Shown here piece by piece: positions 1 to 9,064 of a stretch of DNA of 64,000 nucleotides. The stretch spans positions 1 to 64,000 of IMG/VR virus record IMGVR_UViG_3300029288_000153, one strand, 5' to 3'. The first letter of the stretch is position 1. Each line of letters opens with the position of its first letter. The notes under the pieces were generated by a model, which was not told the origin of the DNA, did no database searches, and saw only the letters and a program-made list of their open reading frames with translations. Source of the stretch: a virus. Lineage: Duplodnaviria > Caudoviricetes. The translations under genes were made by a program, and so were the position numbers.

Positions 1-753
1 CTTGCCCATCCCCGCCACGTTACCGCCTAGCAGATGACATTTGATGCAATCCAACGGCCCTTCGGTCCATATCGCATGCTCGCTCACCAGCAACCTGTCC
101 TGAAACATGAAACATTTGCCGCCCACCTTGCCTGTCGTCTTAGCTTTTGGGATGCGGATCACCCTGCCCTGCGTGGTAATAGATTCGGTGGGGTGGATGT
201 AGCGCCCCTGCCACCCGCGTAATAGGCCGCCAACCGCGATAGGGAACAGGACTCGCTGCTCTTCAGCAGACCACCCGATACCGTACTGTGTAGCGACCTC
301 CAAGGGCACGCCACGGCCTGCTAGGTAGGCGGCCCCTACCCGGGCCTCAGGGGCTGCGATATCAATCCACATGGGGTCTCTGGCGATTACTGGAGGGTAC
401 TGGATCTCGGTATCAAGTACCTTCTCCTCCTGCTCACCGTCCCAATAATCACCAAGATCCAGCCACCCATCGTCTACCGTGGCCCCCACTACCACGATCC
501 CGTATAGTATCTGAGATAGATCCTGGGGGGTACGACGATATACATCTACTAACGCCCGATGGGCCGGTTGGGTCGGCGTTGCACAATGAAAACACTTACA
601 CTGTCCGGCGGTTTTGTCGACGTATAGTTTGTCGTGCCCGCAGCGAGGGCATCTCAAAATATATGAACGATACGTTTGACCAAAAGGTTCACTGCCCCCC
701 TCGACGAGATTTCGTAGCGCAACGGAGTTAATTGTTGGGCGATAAGTATCCAT
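1..753 (-). CDS. dnaG: DNA primase (DnaG-like, Zn-binding + TOPRIM), 3' end cut off by window start
   Basis: Not in ORF track; hand-translated from ATG at 753: MDTYRPT...LRCPRCGHDKLYVDKTAGQCKCFHC (Zn finger)...YLAGRGV...RVLFPI...GWQGRYI...IWTEGPLDCIK (TOPRIM); open to position 1. Confidence 0.85.
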   Translation of the reverse strand, partial: MDTYRPTINSVALRNLVEGGSEPFGQTYRSYILRCPRCGHDKLYVDKTAGQCKCFHCATPTQPAHRALVDVYRRTPQDLSQILYGIVVVGATVDDGWLDLGDYWDGEQEEKVLDTEIQYPPVIARDPMWIDIAAPEARVGAAYLAGRGVPLEVATQYGIGWSAEEQRVLFPIAVGGLLRGWQGRYIHPTESITTQGRVIRIPKAKTTGKVGGKCFMFQDRLLVSEHAIWTEGPLDCIKCHLLGGNVAGMGK

Positions 754-803
754 GCGGTCTCGTAGGTATAGTGGCGATCAACCGTACGGTGATCTGATCG
801 CTA

Positions 804-1892
804 CTATACCCCTCTGGTCCGGATCAGATCCTTCATTTTACAATCCCGAACGATAGCAGCAAAAAGTTCGGGTTCTTGCTGGATGGCCTCTAGGATTGCC
901 CCTTTGCCGTGCCAAGAACGGTCGCCGTAAGTGTAGTAGCCTTGTTTCTCTTGCCCGATAACTTGCATGCCGACACCTAACAGGAATACTTCTTCGTGTT
1001 GGTGTATGAACCCCAAGTCGTGATGTAGGGTGCATATTGCGACTCGACCGGGGCGATCCAATGAATTATCCAGACACGTAATACGAAGCTTATGAGCGGC
1101 GGTGTCGCTCTCTCCGTCTAGCCCCTGGATACTGTTATCCTCGAACGTGTTGCCGGCGAGATCGGTCTTGCCGTCTTTGTTCCGGTAATTCTCTACCATC
1201 AGGTAGTACTCGGCCATATGCTTGACTGCGAAACTCGTAGCCATCCGGATCTTATTACCTCTTCGTATTTCAAGCTGATCCATTTCGGCTCTCACTTGTG
1301 AGGTAAGCACCGTGGTGACTCCGTATCGCCGCAGCATCCCTTTGATTCGCGATAGCCCATCTTGGATGGTCGCAGCCTTGTCGGCGATTTGCTGCTGATC
1401 CACCGAGTCGGCATTCATCTGTCGTCGTCCGAGTATGTCTTGTAGCGAGTCGATGATAAACAACTTGACCTTTACGCCGGCCTGGCACAGTTTTGGAATC
1501 TCCTGTTCCGCCCGATCAAAGATATTGGAGGGTTCTCGGACCTCCCAGACTATTCGGCGGTCCCGATCGATCCCCCATAGCCGCATTTGAGCCGGGGTGA
1601 CCTGGACGCTCTCGCGCATCTCAGTATTCACCTTGACTGTCACCGCATCTTCGTCCTGACGATGCATCAACCCCTCGATGGCGCTGATGATAATCGACTT
1701 GCCCGCTTTTGGCATGCCGGCCAATAGGACCGTGTACCCCTGAGGGATCAGCCAGGTGTTGCCCAGAATAAAACCTAAAGATGGCGTTGGCATCTCTATG
1801 CCATTTGCGAATGGATTAAAATCGTATTTTACCGCACCGTCTAGTTCATTGAGCTTCGCCATCATTCTCTTCTGCACATCTGTTAGTGCCAT
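804..1892 (-). CDS. recA: RecA/UvsX-family recombinase
   Basis: Walker A GMPKAGKS, Walker B LFIIDSLQD, LTSQVR, PSLGFILG motif. Confidence 0.9.
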   Translation of the reverse strand: MALTDVQKRMMAKLNELDGAVKYDFNPFANGIEMPTPSLGFILGNTWLIPQGYTVLLAGMPKAGKSIIISAIEGLMHRQDEDAVTVKVNTEMRESVQVTPAQMRLWGIDRDRRIVWEVREPSNIFDRAEQEIPKLCQAGVKVKLFIIDSLQDILGRRQMNADSVDQQQIADKAATIQDGLSRIKGMLRRYGVTTVLTSQVRAEMDQLEIRRGNKIRMATSFAVKHMAEYYLMVENYRNKDGKTDLAGNTFEDNSIQGLDGESDTAAHKLRITCLDNSLDRPGRVAICTLHHDLGFIHQHEEVFLLGVGMQVIGQEKQGYYTYGDRSWHGKGAILEAIQQEPELFAAIVRDCKMKDLIRTRGV

Positions 1893-1909
1893 GATATCTC
1901 CGTATTGAA

Positions 1910-2587
1910 TTAAGTAGCGTAAAGCGGCGTACCAAACCCTTCGACATCTACGAGAGGCGGGACCTCGTCGTGGGGTGGTTTGGTATGCCTAGGGGGCGGA
2001 TCGATCTCGAACTCCTTGGCGGAGTTCCATGGTTCAGACTCCATCATGCGCGGATTAGTATCTACCCCAAAGGCGTTAGGCCGTACCTCGACGTTGCTGA
2101 GCCTAGGTCTCTCGTCCGGAGATAGCATATGCTTACACGCATCGGCAGCTTCGCGCAGGGCCATCATCTTGCCGAATAGTAAAGCCTCGGCTGCTTCCAG
2201 AGCCGCTCGCCCGTCTTCGATTTGTAGATATTCGGCATCGGTGTAGTAAAACGCCTCGCGAATATCAGCCGCCCCCGTGGCGGATCTAGACGTTGCCAAT
2301 CCTCGCTCCTTGACCATCCCCGGAATGAGATCTAGTAAAATAACCGCTCGACGGCGGCGAGCCTCCACCGTAGCGCGAGCAACATGCAACTTACACATGG
2401 CGTGTAATTTCGATGTATACACGTAAGCTCGCGTGAAATCCGCAAACAGATCCTTCGCACGACTCTTATCAGCAAACGCGATCTCATGTATTCTAGCCTC
2501 GACCGGAAAAACAGAACCTAACTCAAACTCTACCGGCGCTCCACCTTTGCGATACGGAGCAATTGATAATGTTGTAGGGTTAGTCAT
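1910..2587 (-). CDS. UvsY-like recombination mediator (tentative)
   Basis: Helical protein with IREAFYYTDAEY...LEAAEALL pattern resembling UvsY; directly upstream of the recombinase. Confidence 0.5.
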   Translation of the reverse strand: MTNPTTLSIAPYRKGGAPVEFELGSVFPVEARIHEIAFADKSRAKDLFADFTRAYVYTSKLHAMCKLHVARATVEARRRRAVILLDLIPGMVKERGLATSRSATGAADIREAFYYTDAEYLQIEDGRAALEAAEALLFGKMMALREAADACKHMLSPDERPRLSNVEVRPNAFGVDTNPRMMESEPWNSAKEFEIDPPPRHTKPPHDEVPPLVDVEGFGTPLYAT

Positions 2588-2605
2588 ATGTTACTCGCGT
2601 AAAAA

Positions 2606-3112
2606 TTAAGCCGGAATGCCATAAATACCACCCGATACTTGAGCGTTGCCTCTTATTATGGTATCGCCGCCCACGGCGGAATCGCCAAATACCATAGACT
2701 TGCCACTCACCTTAGCATACTCGTATATCTTAGCACGCCCGAGTACCGAGGCGTCATCATATACTCGGGCGTGTCCGAATATCTGAGCGTAACCAGACAC
2801 CCGGCCCTTGCCGCCCACCTGCGCGTTCCCCAACACACAGGCGTCATCAAGTATCCGAGAGTCATGTAGTATCCGAGAGTTGCCACCCACTTTGGCGTGG
2901 CCGTATACCTGGGCAGCGTCTGATACCTTAGCATCACCCCACACGTAGGCGTTGTCGGATACCCGGCACGCTCCTTCCTGCGCGAGATTGGGGTAGTCCT
3001 CGATGTATCCACCCTTTACTCCGTCTCCGTAAAGCACTCGACGTAACGTGTGGCCACAATGAAGGATCGTGTCGGAGTCGGAGAGGGTGTATTTGAGATT
3101 TTTGGGGGGCAC
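2606..3112 (-). CDS. Hexapeptide-repeat (left-handed beta-helix) protein, paralog 1
   Basis: GGYIE...NLAQEG then repeated V-x-[GD]-[NDH]-A-x hexads. Confidence 0.85.
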   Translation of the reverse strand: MPPKNLKYTLSDSDTILHCGHTLRRVLYGDGVKGGYIEDYPNLAQEGACRVSDNAYVWGDAKVSDAAQVYGHAKVGGNSRILHDSRILDDACVLGNAQVGGKGRVSGYAQIFGHARVYDDASVLGRAKIYEYAKVSGKSMVFGDSAVGGDTIIRGNAQVSGGIYGIPA

Positions 3113-3165
3113 GATCGGGTATCTTGTGTTAAGTCAATTGCGTATATACCTTTGCTCTCGGTTAA

Positions 3166-3705
3166 CTACAGCAGATTGTTGTCCAGTATCACGGCCTCGC
3201 CCGATACCCAAAGATCGCCGGAGATTTTTGCGTTACCGAACACTTGAGCGTTGCCATATATGCGAATATCGCCGTGTACCTCGGCATTGTCGGATACCCG
3301 AGCGCTACCCCCCACCCGAGCGTGACTATGTATCCAGGCGTCATCTAGTACCTTGGCGTTATCGAGTACCGAGGCCGTGCCCGATACCTTGGCGCCGCCA
3401 CCTACCTGAGCATGGTCGTATACTCGGGCGTTGTCGGACACTTTGGCGTTGTCGGACACTTTGGCGTTGTCGGACACTTTGGCGTTGCCCGATACCACAG
3501 CGGCGTCTAATACCTGAGCGTCACCCCACACGTAGGCATTGTCGGATACCCGGCACTTACCGTACTGTGAAAGATTTCTGTGACTCTGAATATACCCCCC
3601 AAACGTACCGTCGTTGTAAATGATTCGACGTAGCGTACGATCAAAAACTTTGACGATATCAGTGCCAGAGAGGGTGTATTTGTACTTATATTTTGTGGGG
3701 GGCAT
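3166..3705 (-). CDS. Hexapeptide-repeat (left-handed beta-helix) protein, paralog 2
   Basis: Same N-terminus (KYTLS..D....TLRR....DG..GGYI) and VSDNAK hexads. Confidence 0.85.
   Translation of the reverse strand: MPPTKYKYKYTLSGTDIVKVFDRTLRRIIYNDGTFGGYIQSHRNLSQYGKCRVSDNAYVWGDAQVLDAAVVSGNAKVSDNAKVSDNAKVSDNARVYDHAQVGGGAKVSGTASVLDNAKVLDDAWIHSHARVGGSARVSDNAEVHGDIRIYGNAQVFGNAKISGDLWVSGEAVILDNNLL
3429..3484. repeat. 18-bp tandem repeat (about 3 copies) encoding DNAKVS hexads
   Basis: gttgtcggacactttggc repeated in tandem. Confidence 0.85.
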
Positions 3706-3722
3706 GATTTGATATTTTCATG

Positions 3723-4835
3723 TTAAAAATTAAATTGTGCCAAAAAATCCGCTTCCGCTGAGTCGTTGGTCGTCGTCACTGTCTTGGGGGCAACAACTGC
3801 GGCTGGCGCTGTAACCGATATATGTGGGAGAATCACCGATACCGCCGCGGGGGGTGGGGGGGGCACAAGCATAGCACGAGCGCGCGCTAGTAGATCTTCA
3901 TTATTAGCCGCGCTCGGAGCCGGAGCAACAGGAGCCGGGGCGACCGCAGGAGCAACAGGAGCCGGGGCGACCGCAGGAGCAACAGGGGCTAGACGGTCAC
4001 TACCAGCAAATATCGCCGCTACCACTTCCGGGTCCCCTTTGGCACTCACTAGGCGCTTTACATCCTCTAGGCTCAATCGTCGAATCCCCACATCGCCGAT
4101 ATCCATACAGGCGTTACGAGCCTTATTGGCATCTTCGACAGTTAAAGGGGCTAGTTTGGGTTTCTGGGCTCCATCAATGACCTGTCCATTGATGATCACT
4201 TCCTCGGTGACCACTTCAACATCGTACTCGGTTCCGAATCCTTCGCCGGAGCGCGAGATACGGAACCACAGCCCCTGACTGGCGCTAATAGCGTCAATTG
4301 GGACTCGGCGATTCTTGTAGTCGCCGATCAAGGTCTCTATCTTTTTCCACACACTCTTCCCCGGCATCTTGGCGGTAAAATATCGTCCCGAACTATCCTT
4401 GACGTTAGCGTAGAATTTGAATTCTCGGTTGTGTTTTGATAGCCAATTTTTGTGGGATTCTGTTGCCGACTGAATCTCGGCCGCACTCTTCCCTTCTTTT
4501 TGCATAGATATTTCGATCTGTGCCTTCTGGGCCTTGACCATCTGAATGGCCTGGCACTCCGGACACTCCTGCAGAATCACCAACTTCCCTGCTACCCACT
4601 TGGATTCTTCTACACAGTAGAAGGGGTTGACGATTTCTTTGTCCGTCCCTTGCTTCTTGGTGCCATACCCATAGTGACTACTATGAGGCAACACAAACTT
4701 ACCGGTTGCCACCTGACTCAGGATCGGCGGCAGAATACGCCATTCCTGTGACCCCTTCTTGGGGCCTTCGGGGAAGCTTCTTTTTCCTGAGTCAAAAATG
4801 GGTGTGCCGAATCCGTCGATAGTTTCAGTTGACAT
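3723..4835 (-). CDS. Single-stranded DNA-binding protein, T4 gp32-like
   Basis: Likely start MSTETIDG at 4835; WRILPP, FYANV, KIETLI, WFRISRSGEGFGTEYDV, Pro/Ala-rich linker, acidic-aromatic C-terminus (EADFLAQFNF). Confidence 0.75.
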   Translation of the reverse strand: MSTETIDGFGTPIFDSGKRSFPEGPKKGSQEWRILPPILSQVATGKFVLPHSSHYGYGTKKQGTDKEIVNPFYCVEESKWVAGKLVILQECPECQAIQMVKAQKAQIEISMQKEGKSAAEIQSATESHKNWLSKHNREFKFYANVKDSSGRYFTAKMPGKSVWKKIETLIGDYKNRRVPIDAISASQGLWFRISRSGEGFGTEYDVEVVTEEVIINGQVIDGAQKPKLAPLTVEDANKARNACMDIGDVGIRRLSLEDVKRLVSAKGDPEVVAAIFAGSDRLAPVAPAVAPAPVAPAVAPAPVAPAPSAANNEDLLARARAMLVPPPPPAAVSVILPHISVTAPAAVVAPKTVTTTNDSAEADFLAQFNF

Positions 4836-4839
4836 ATTG

Positions 4840-5679
4840 TTATCCTTGGTTTTGGTTGTTGGAGGTTTTAGAAGGACGTCCACGCTTGGGGGCGTTGGCG
4901 GTTTCGTTGGCTGCTGAGGTGGTAGCTGAGGTGGTAGCTGAGGTGGGTTGCATTTTGGCGCGTAGTTGTCGAAATGCCACAATCACGTCGTTGTTTTCGG
5001 GGCATGGTTTGGTGTCGACAACGATATTGTGCCCCGAGAACAGGCGCTGAAATAATTCGCCTTCAATTTCAGCCTGCGACGCGTTGACAAGCGACACTGG
5101 GACGATATTCAGCTCCCACTGTTCTCGTACGATTTTGTGGGCAACAGCAAAATCGATATACAGACCGAGAAGGTCGTCCATCACGGTACCTCGAATTATC
5201 TCTCGGGTTAGAGCCACTCCATCTTCAAAAGACGATAACACACGCCCCAAATAGGGGCCAAATTCGGGGATTGGTATAGAACGTACGCCTAGCTGCGAGA
5301 GGATTTGACCGACCGCCCCCTGAAACGACAGCAGGGAGTCGAGCGCAAATACCCCATCTTGGCGCACTGTCGAATACCATCCAGTAGTGATAAGGCGATA
5401 CAGCTCCGTGACGTCTATTGTAATAGCGGGCCCTTCATCTTCGGCGATTTCGGTAAACGCCACCGCCCCGGGACCTCTCACAAACATACCCCCCGCATAG
5501 TCCCCGACGCTGGCTACTAGCTCGTTCATCTGCTCGTTATACCGAGCCAGTGCGGCGTTTTTTAATGCACATCGGCCTGGTAGTAGCGAAAAATCAACAT
5601 CCACCAAACTTACCTCGGAGGCTGTCTTGTTGATGTTGATTTGTTGGATTTGTTCAGGTAACTGGTTCATTTTGTTCAT
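4840..5679 (-). CDS. Hypothetical protein with C-terminal AT-hook-like KRGRPSK
   Basis: 279-aa ORF in operon, RBS AAGG upstream. Confidence 0.7.
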   Translation of the reverse strand: MNKMNQLPEQIQQININKTASEVSLVDVDFSLLPGRCALKNAALARYNEQMNELVASVGDYAGGMFVRGPGAVAFTEIAEDEGPAITIDVTELYRLITTGWYSTVRQDGVFALDSLLSFQGAVGQILSQLGVRSIPIPEFGPYLGRVLSSFEDGVALTREIIRGTVMDDLLGLYIDFAVAHKIVREQWELNIVPVSLVNASQAEIEGELFQRLFSGHNIVVDTKPCPENNDVIVAFRQLRAKMQPTSATTSATTSAANETANAPKRGRPSKTSNNQNQG

Positions 5680-5711
5680 TTTATTCCTTTTGGACCTATG
5701 TCGCTGTAGAT

Positions 5712-5722
5712 ATTATAGCACG
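5712..5722 (-). promoter_or_regulatory. Extended -10 sigma70-type promoter CGTGCTATAAT
   Basis: TGn-TATAAT consensus upstream of ORF 4840-5679. Confidence 0.6.
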
Positions 5723-6165
5723 GTACCGAGGGATTCTATTTCTTGAATTTGTTTGGCTAATGAATACGCCTTAGTTTGGTGGTTGATAGAGTACTTGGAA
5801 TGCCGTTGAGCCGATTCGATGTGCCCAAGGGCCATTAAGGCCCGGGCCTTTTTACTCTCCATCGCTGCCAAGGCGCACTGCGCCTTGGACTTGCGCTGTA
5901 GATCGGCAATGTTCCTATCGATCTCGTCTTGTCTACTGGGGCAGCCGGCCAGATGCCATACATCTACCGCATGGGTAATGTCTGGGGGGATTTTTTCGGT
6001 CAGATCAACCACCGGTATTCGATCGGGTTGACGCTGTGTGTCCTCTGCCTCTTGTAGTATTTCGTCGATTACCGACGACCAGTCTGCCACGCTTCGGCCC
6101 CGAATAATTGTTTCGGCTAATGGATCAGTGGATAGCAAGGCTTTTCCCGTCGTCGATTTGGTCAT
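5713..6165 (-). CDS. Hypothetical protein
   Basis: Probable start MTKSTTG at 6165 within ORF 5713..6237. Confidence 0.55.
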   Translation of the reverse strand: MTKSTTGKALLSTDPLAETIIRGRSVADWSSVIDEILQEAEDTQRQPDRIPVVDLTEKIPPDITHAVDVWHLAGCPSRQDEIDRNIADLQRKSKAQCALAAMESKKARALMALGHIESAQRHSKYSINHQTKAYSLAKQIQEIESLGTVL

Positions 6166-6282
6166 TACATGGCCCCTGCAGCAGCAGATCGATGTCGACA
6201 GCTTGGGCGCGAAAAAAATCACGTAGATCACTGTCACTGCGCTTATCTAATGCCTTGAGGTACCGATCTAGATCTCTATTTT

Positions 6283-6528
6283 TCATGAGATTTGTTGGAA
6301 AGGATTTGGTCCCGAAAGAACTCGATTACGAACCTTCATGTCCCCCGACACCCTGGCATCGCCGTACACCTTGGCAGCATCTAGGATTCTACAGCTACCC
6401 TCTTGTGAGAGGTTACTATACGTTTCGACATATCCGCCGATCGTACCGTCTCCGTAAAGCACTCGACGTAACGTGTGGCCACAATGAAGGATCGTGTCGG
6501 AGTCGGAGAGGGTGTATTTAGAGGTCAT
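6283..6528 (-). CDS. Short/truncated hexapeptide-repeat protein, paralog 3
   Basis: N-terminus identical to paralog 1 (KYTLSDSDTILHCGHTLRRVLYGDG) but only about 2 hexads. Confidence 0.7.
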   Translation of the reverse strand: MTSKYTLSDSDTILHCGHTLRRVLYGDGTIGGYVETYSNLSQEGSCRILDAAKVYGDARVSGDMKVRNRVLSGPNPFQQIS

Positions 6529-6544
6529 ACTCTTCCTTGTTTAG

Positions 6545-6555
6545 ATGATAACACG
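6545..6555 (-). promoter_or_regulatory. Extended -10 promoter CGTGTTATCAT
   Basis: Same 11-mer recurs at 10891-10901 and 17031-17041, each upstream of leftward genes. Confidence 0.6.
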
Positions 6556-6799
6556 ACGTTTTGCGTTTGCTGAATCTACTTATCTACCACGATGACCGCT
6601 CGAACAAAACGACCGTTGTCCGAAGAATAACAAGTTCTTCGGATAAATATAATAACCTGCGCATAGTCGATCGAACAAGATCTCTCCTAATCCGTAGTGC
6701 GATCGCTACGCATTTGGCACGATAACCTGCTCACTATCTGGTCGTCTCATTCCCGTGCGCGCAAGCTCTCTAAGGCGATTCGGATCATTGACGCGTTAT

Positions 6800-9064
6800 C
6801 TACTTATCGTCTATTTGTTCTGATGATTCTTTGATTACTACCGCCGGGGTAATCACGCAAATATCGTCCAAAGTGAAATCTTTTTCGATGTCCCATCGAC
6901 GAAGCGTCAGCACACATACGCCGCCGATCGTCCCTTCTGGTAATTTTATTGGTGTCTTGACGGTGTCTCCGTCGGGCTTTCGAGTAGTCCGAGGCCACAG
7001 GTTGGCCCGAAAACGCTCGCCGTCAACTTCAAATGACACCTTGGTGGCCTTGCCTCCCCAAAACGATACCGCCTCCGACACGTACGCAACACATCCAAAT
7101 TTAAACTTTGGCGGAATGCCCCCGATGGAATTAGTAAGCAATGCTCGAACCGCCTTGCCGGGCACCAACACGGTCCAGTTTTGTCCCTCAAATTTCTCGG
7201 GCGCATGCCAGGCGTACTTGTTGCCCTGTGTTTTGTAATCAACTCGCCCCATAGCCGCCACTAATTGAGCGAGCGGTTGGGTATATGACGGTAAAATGCT
7301 CTTGGTCAGCAGATACCGTTGAATAGGGGTCAGGTTTAAAAATCGCTCGTCGGCTTTGTGTATTTTTAATTCGCCGGTACGTTTATATCGGCGGTCGTTT
7401 ACTTCAGCGTCGGTGGTCTCGTAGAAGGTCAGCTTGGTGTATACGTCATTACACCCGACCGGAAACAAGGAGTCCGCGCACCCGGATACAATCAATTTAG
7501 TAATCAAACTTCGCCCTAATGCACTGCGCCCCTTGTGCCCGTTTACTAACGTTTCCTTCTTGACTTTGATTTTTTGCAGGAAATCACGTAGATCCGTATA
7601 AGGGCGGCGGGCTATCAGCTCTTCGTGGGCGGTGGGGCCCACCCCAACTAACAGCCGCAGAGGGGCTCGAATACGCTCATTTTGGATCTCGAAATCGTCT
7701 CCACTGAGCCGTACGTCGGGGGAGTCGATTAGGTGGCCGGCGTGCACCCAGAAGGAATCATCGATTTCGTTGCGATCGGCGTTGCGCAATACGGCGCACC
7801 ACCACTCAAGCGAATAGTAATGTTTTAACCACGCACATACATAACCGGTGTACGCGTAGGCGGCTGAGTGGGATTTGTTAAATCCATATTGACCAAAAGT
7901 AAACATCTGCCCCCAGATTCTTTCAGCCTCCTCGACACTCCCAAGCGTCTTAATGGCGCCAGGTAGAAATATGTCGCGGTCTTTGGCTACCTCGGCCATC
8001 TTTTTCTTACCGATATGTTGCCGAAACAGATCTCCTGCCTCCGGGGTGGTCTGTCCGATCTCCTGGAAGATTTGTTGGAGCGATTCCTGGTATACGATCA
8101 CCCCGTATGTATCAGGTAGGAGTCTGTCAAGGTGGGGGTTGTTACCGATCGGCTTGGCGCCGCTAGCCCGCGACGCAAATTCAGCTAGCATGTTGCGACT
8201 AACCACCCCGTCGGTAACCGTTGCGTCCAAAGGGCCTGGGCGATCTAGGGCCGTAAAGGCCGACAGGTGGGCCACGCTGGTAAGAGTATGTTTCCCGTTG
8301 ACGAAGAATAATTTTAACCACTGCTTGGCGGCCGGGGTGGAAAACTGGAACACAGTCTCGGTCTTACCTTCACAAATGTCTCGGAACACCGCCTGATCTT
8401 CAGGCAAATCCCAGACATCTAATAGTGCCCCGCAATGTGGAATCACCCGTAGCCCCGGCACCCGTAGTCCGTCGATCTGTTCATCTTTTTGAGTGTATCC
8501 TTGCCGCTGCTGAATAAGCCGTATACACCCTTGGATATCCTTTAAGCAACTCACACCCAAAAAATCCAACTTGATTCCGCCCACGGCTTCTACGCCCGAG
8601 GGGGTATATTGGGTTACCGGCAGAGCACTGGACCCCACCGTGGTAGTAGGAATAAAATTGACGATAGGCTCATCGCTTAGCACGACCCCGCAGGCGTGTA
8701 TACTCTTTTGGCGCTGTAGCCCTATTGCTTTTTGTGCCACCTCCCAGTGTTTGGGGTATCTTCGGGTATATTCTTTTAGTGCCTCGTCGGTCTCGATGCT
8801 TCCGGGCACTGGTTGTCCGTCTGCTCCTACGTACCCAAAAATAAAATCTCTGTCGGCGATCCCTTGTGGCGACACCTGCATTCTGGCTACTAATTTTTCG
8901 ATCTCGGGCGATACCTTGCCATCCAACACTCTGGCCACGTCCTTGACGGAAGACTTCAGGCGCAACATGGTGTCGGTGGAAATCTGAGCAAAATATCCAT
9001 CAAAGCGGTGACGTAGGTATCCTTCGTATGGGGCGACAATTGTTTTTATCGACTTAATTTTCAT
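6800..9064 (-). CDS. dnaE: DNA polymerase III alpha (DnaE), C-terminal part
   Basis: AQIST...VKDVARV, SIHACGVV, IKLDFLGV, VFQF, DRPGPL, TYGVIVYQE, YGFNKSHSAAY, C-terminal OB-like region. Confidence 0.93.
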   Translation of the reverse strand: MKIKSIKTIVAPYEGYLRHRFDGYFAQISTDTMLRLKSSVKDVARVLDGKVSPEIEKLVARMQVSPQGIADRDFIFGYVGADGQPVPGSIETDEALKEYTRRYPKHWEVAQKAIGLQRQKSIHACGVVLSDEPIVNFIPTTTVGSSALPVTQYTPSGVEAVGGIKLDFLGVSCLKDIQGCIRLIQQRQGYTQKDEQIDGLRVPGLRVIPHCGALLDVWDLPEDQAVFRDICEGKTETVFQFSTPAAKQWLKLFFVNGKHTLTSVAHLSAFTALDRPGPLDATVTDGVVSRNMLAEFASRASGAKPIGNNPHLDRLLPDTYGVIVYQESLQQIFQEIGQTTPEAGDLFRQHIGKKKMAEVAKDRDIFLPGAIKTLGSVEEAERIWGQMFTFGQYGFNKSHSAAYAYTGYVCAWLKHYYSLEWWCAVLRNADRNEIDDSFWVHAGHLIDSPDVRLSGDDFEIQNERIRAPLRLLVGVGPTAHEELIARRPYTDLRDFLQKIKVKKETLVNGHKGRSALGRSLITKLIVSGCADSLFPVGCNDVYTKLTFYETTDAEVNDRRYKRTGELKIHKADERFLNLTPIQRYLLTKSILPSYTQPLAQLVAAMGRVDYKTQGNKYAWHAPEKFEGQNWTVLVPGKAVRALLTNSIGGIPPKFKFGCVAYVSEAVSFWGGKATKVSFEVDGERFRANLWPRTTRKPDGDTVKTPIKLPEGTIGGVCVLTLRRWDIEKDFTLDDICVITPAVVIKESSEQIDDK

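Noticed and set aside
6125-6286. 53-aa ORF MKNRDLDRY... with ATGA overlap
   Set aside because: It overlaps the next probable gene start by about 40 nt and has no motif; too weak to list as a feature
3021-6519. Hexapeptide-gene duplicate block as a DGR template/variable repeat pair
   Set aside because: The block is fully identical, flanking differences are synonymous rather than adenine-specific, and no reverse transcriptase is present
7860-7895. Classical cyanobacterial split DnaE intein at the FNKSH site
   Set aside because: The site is uninterrupted (QYGFNKSHSAAY); the split here is at a different position and lacks splicing residues
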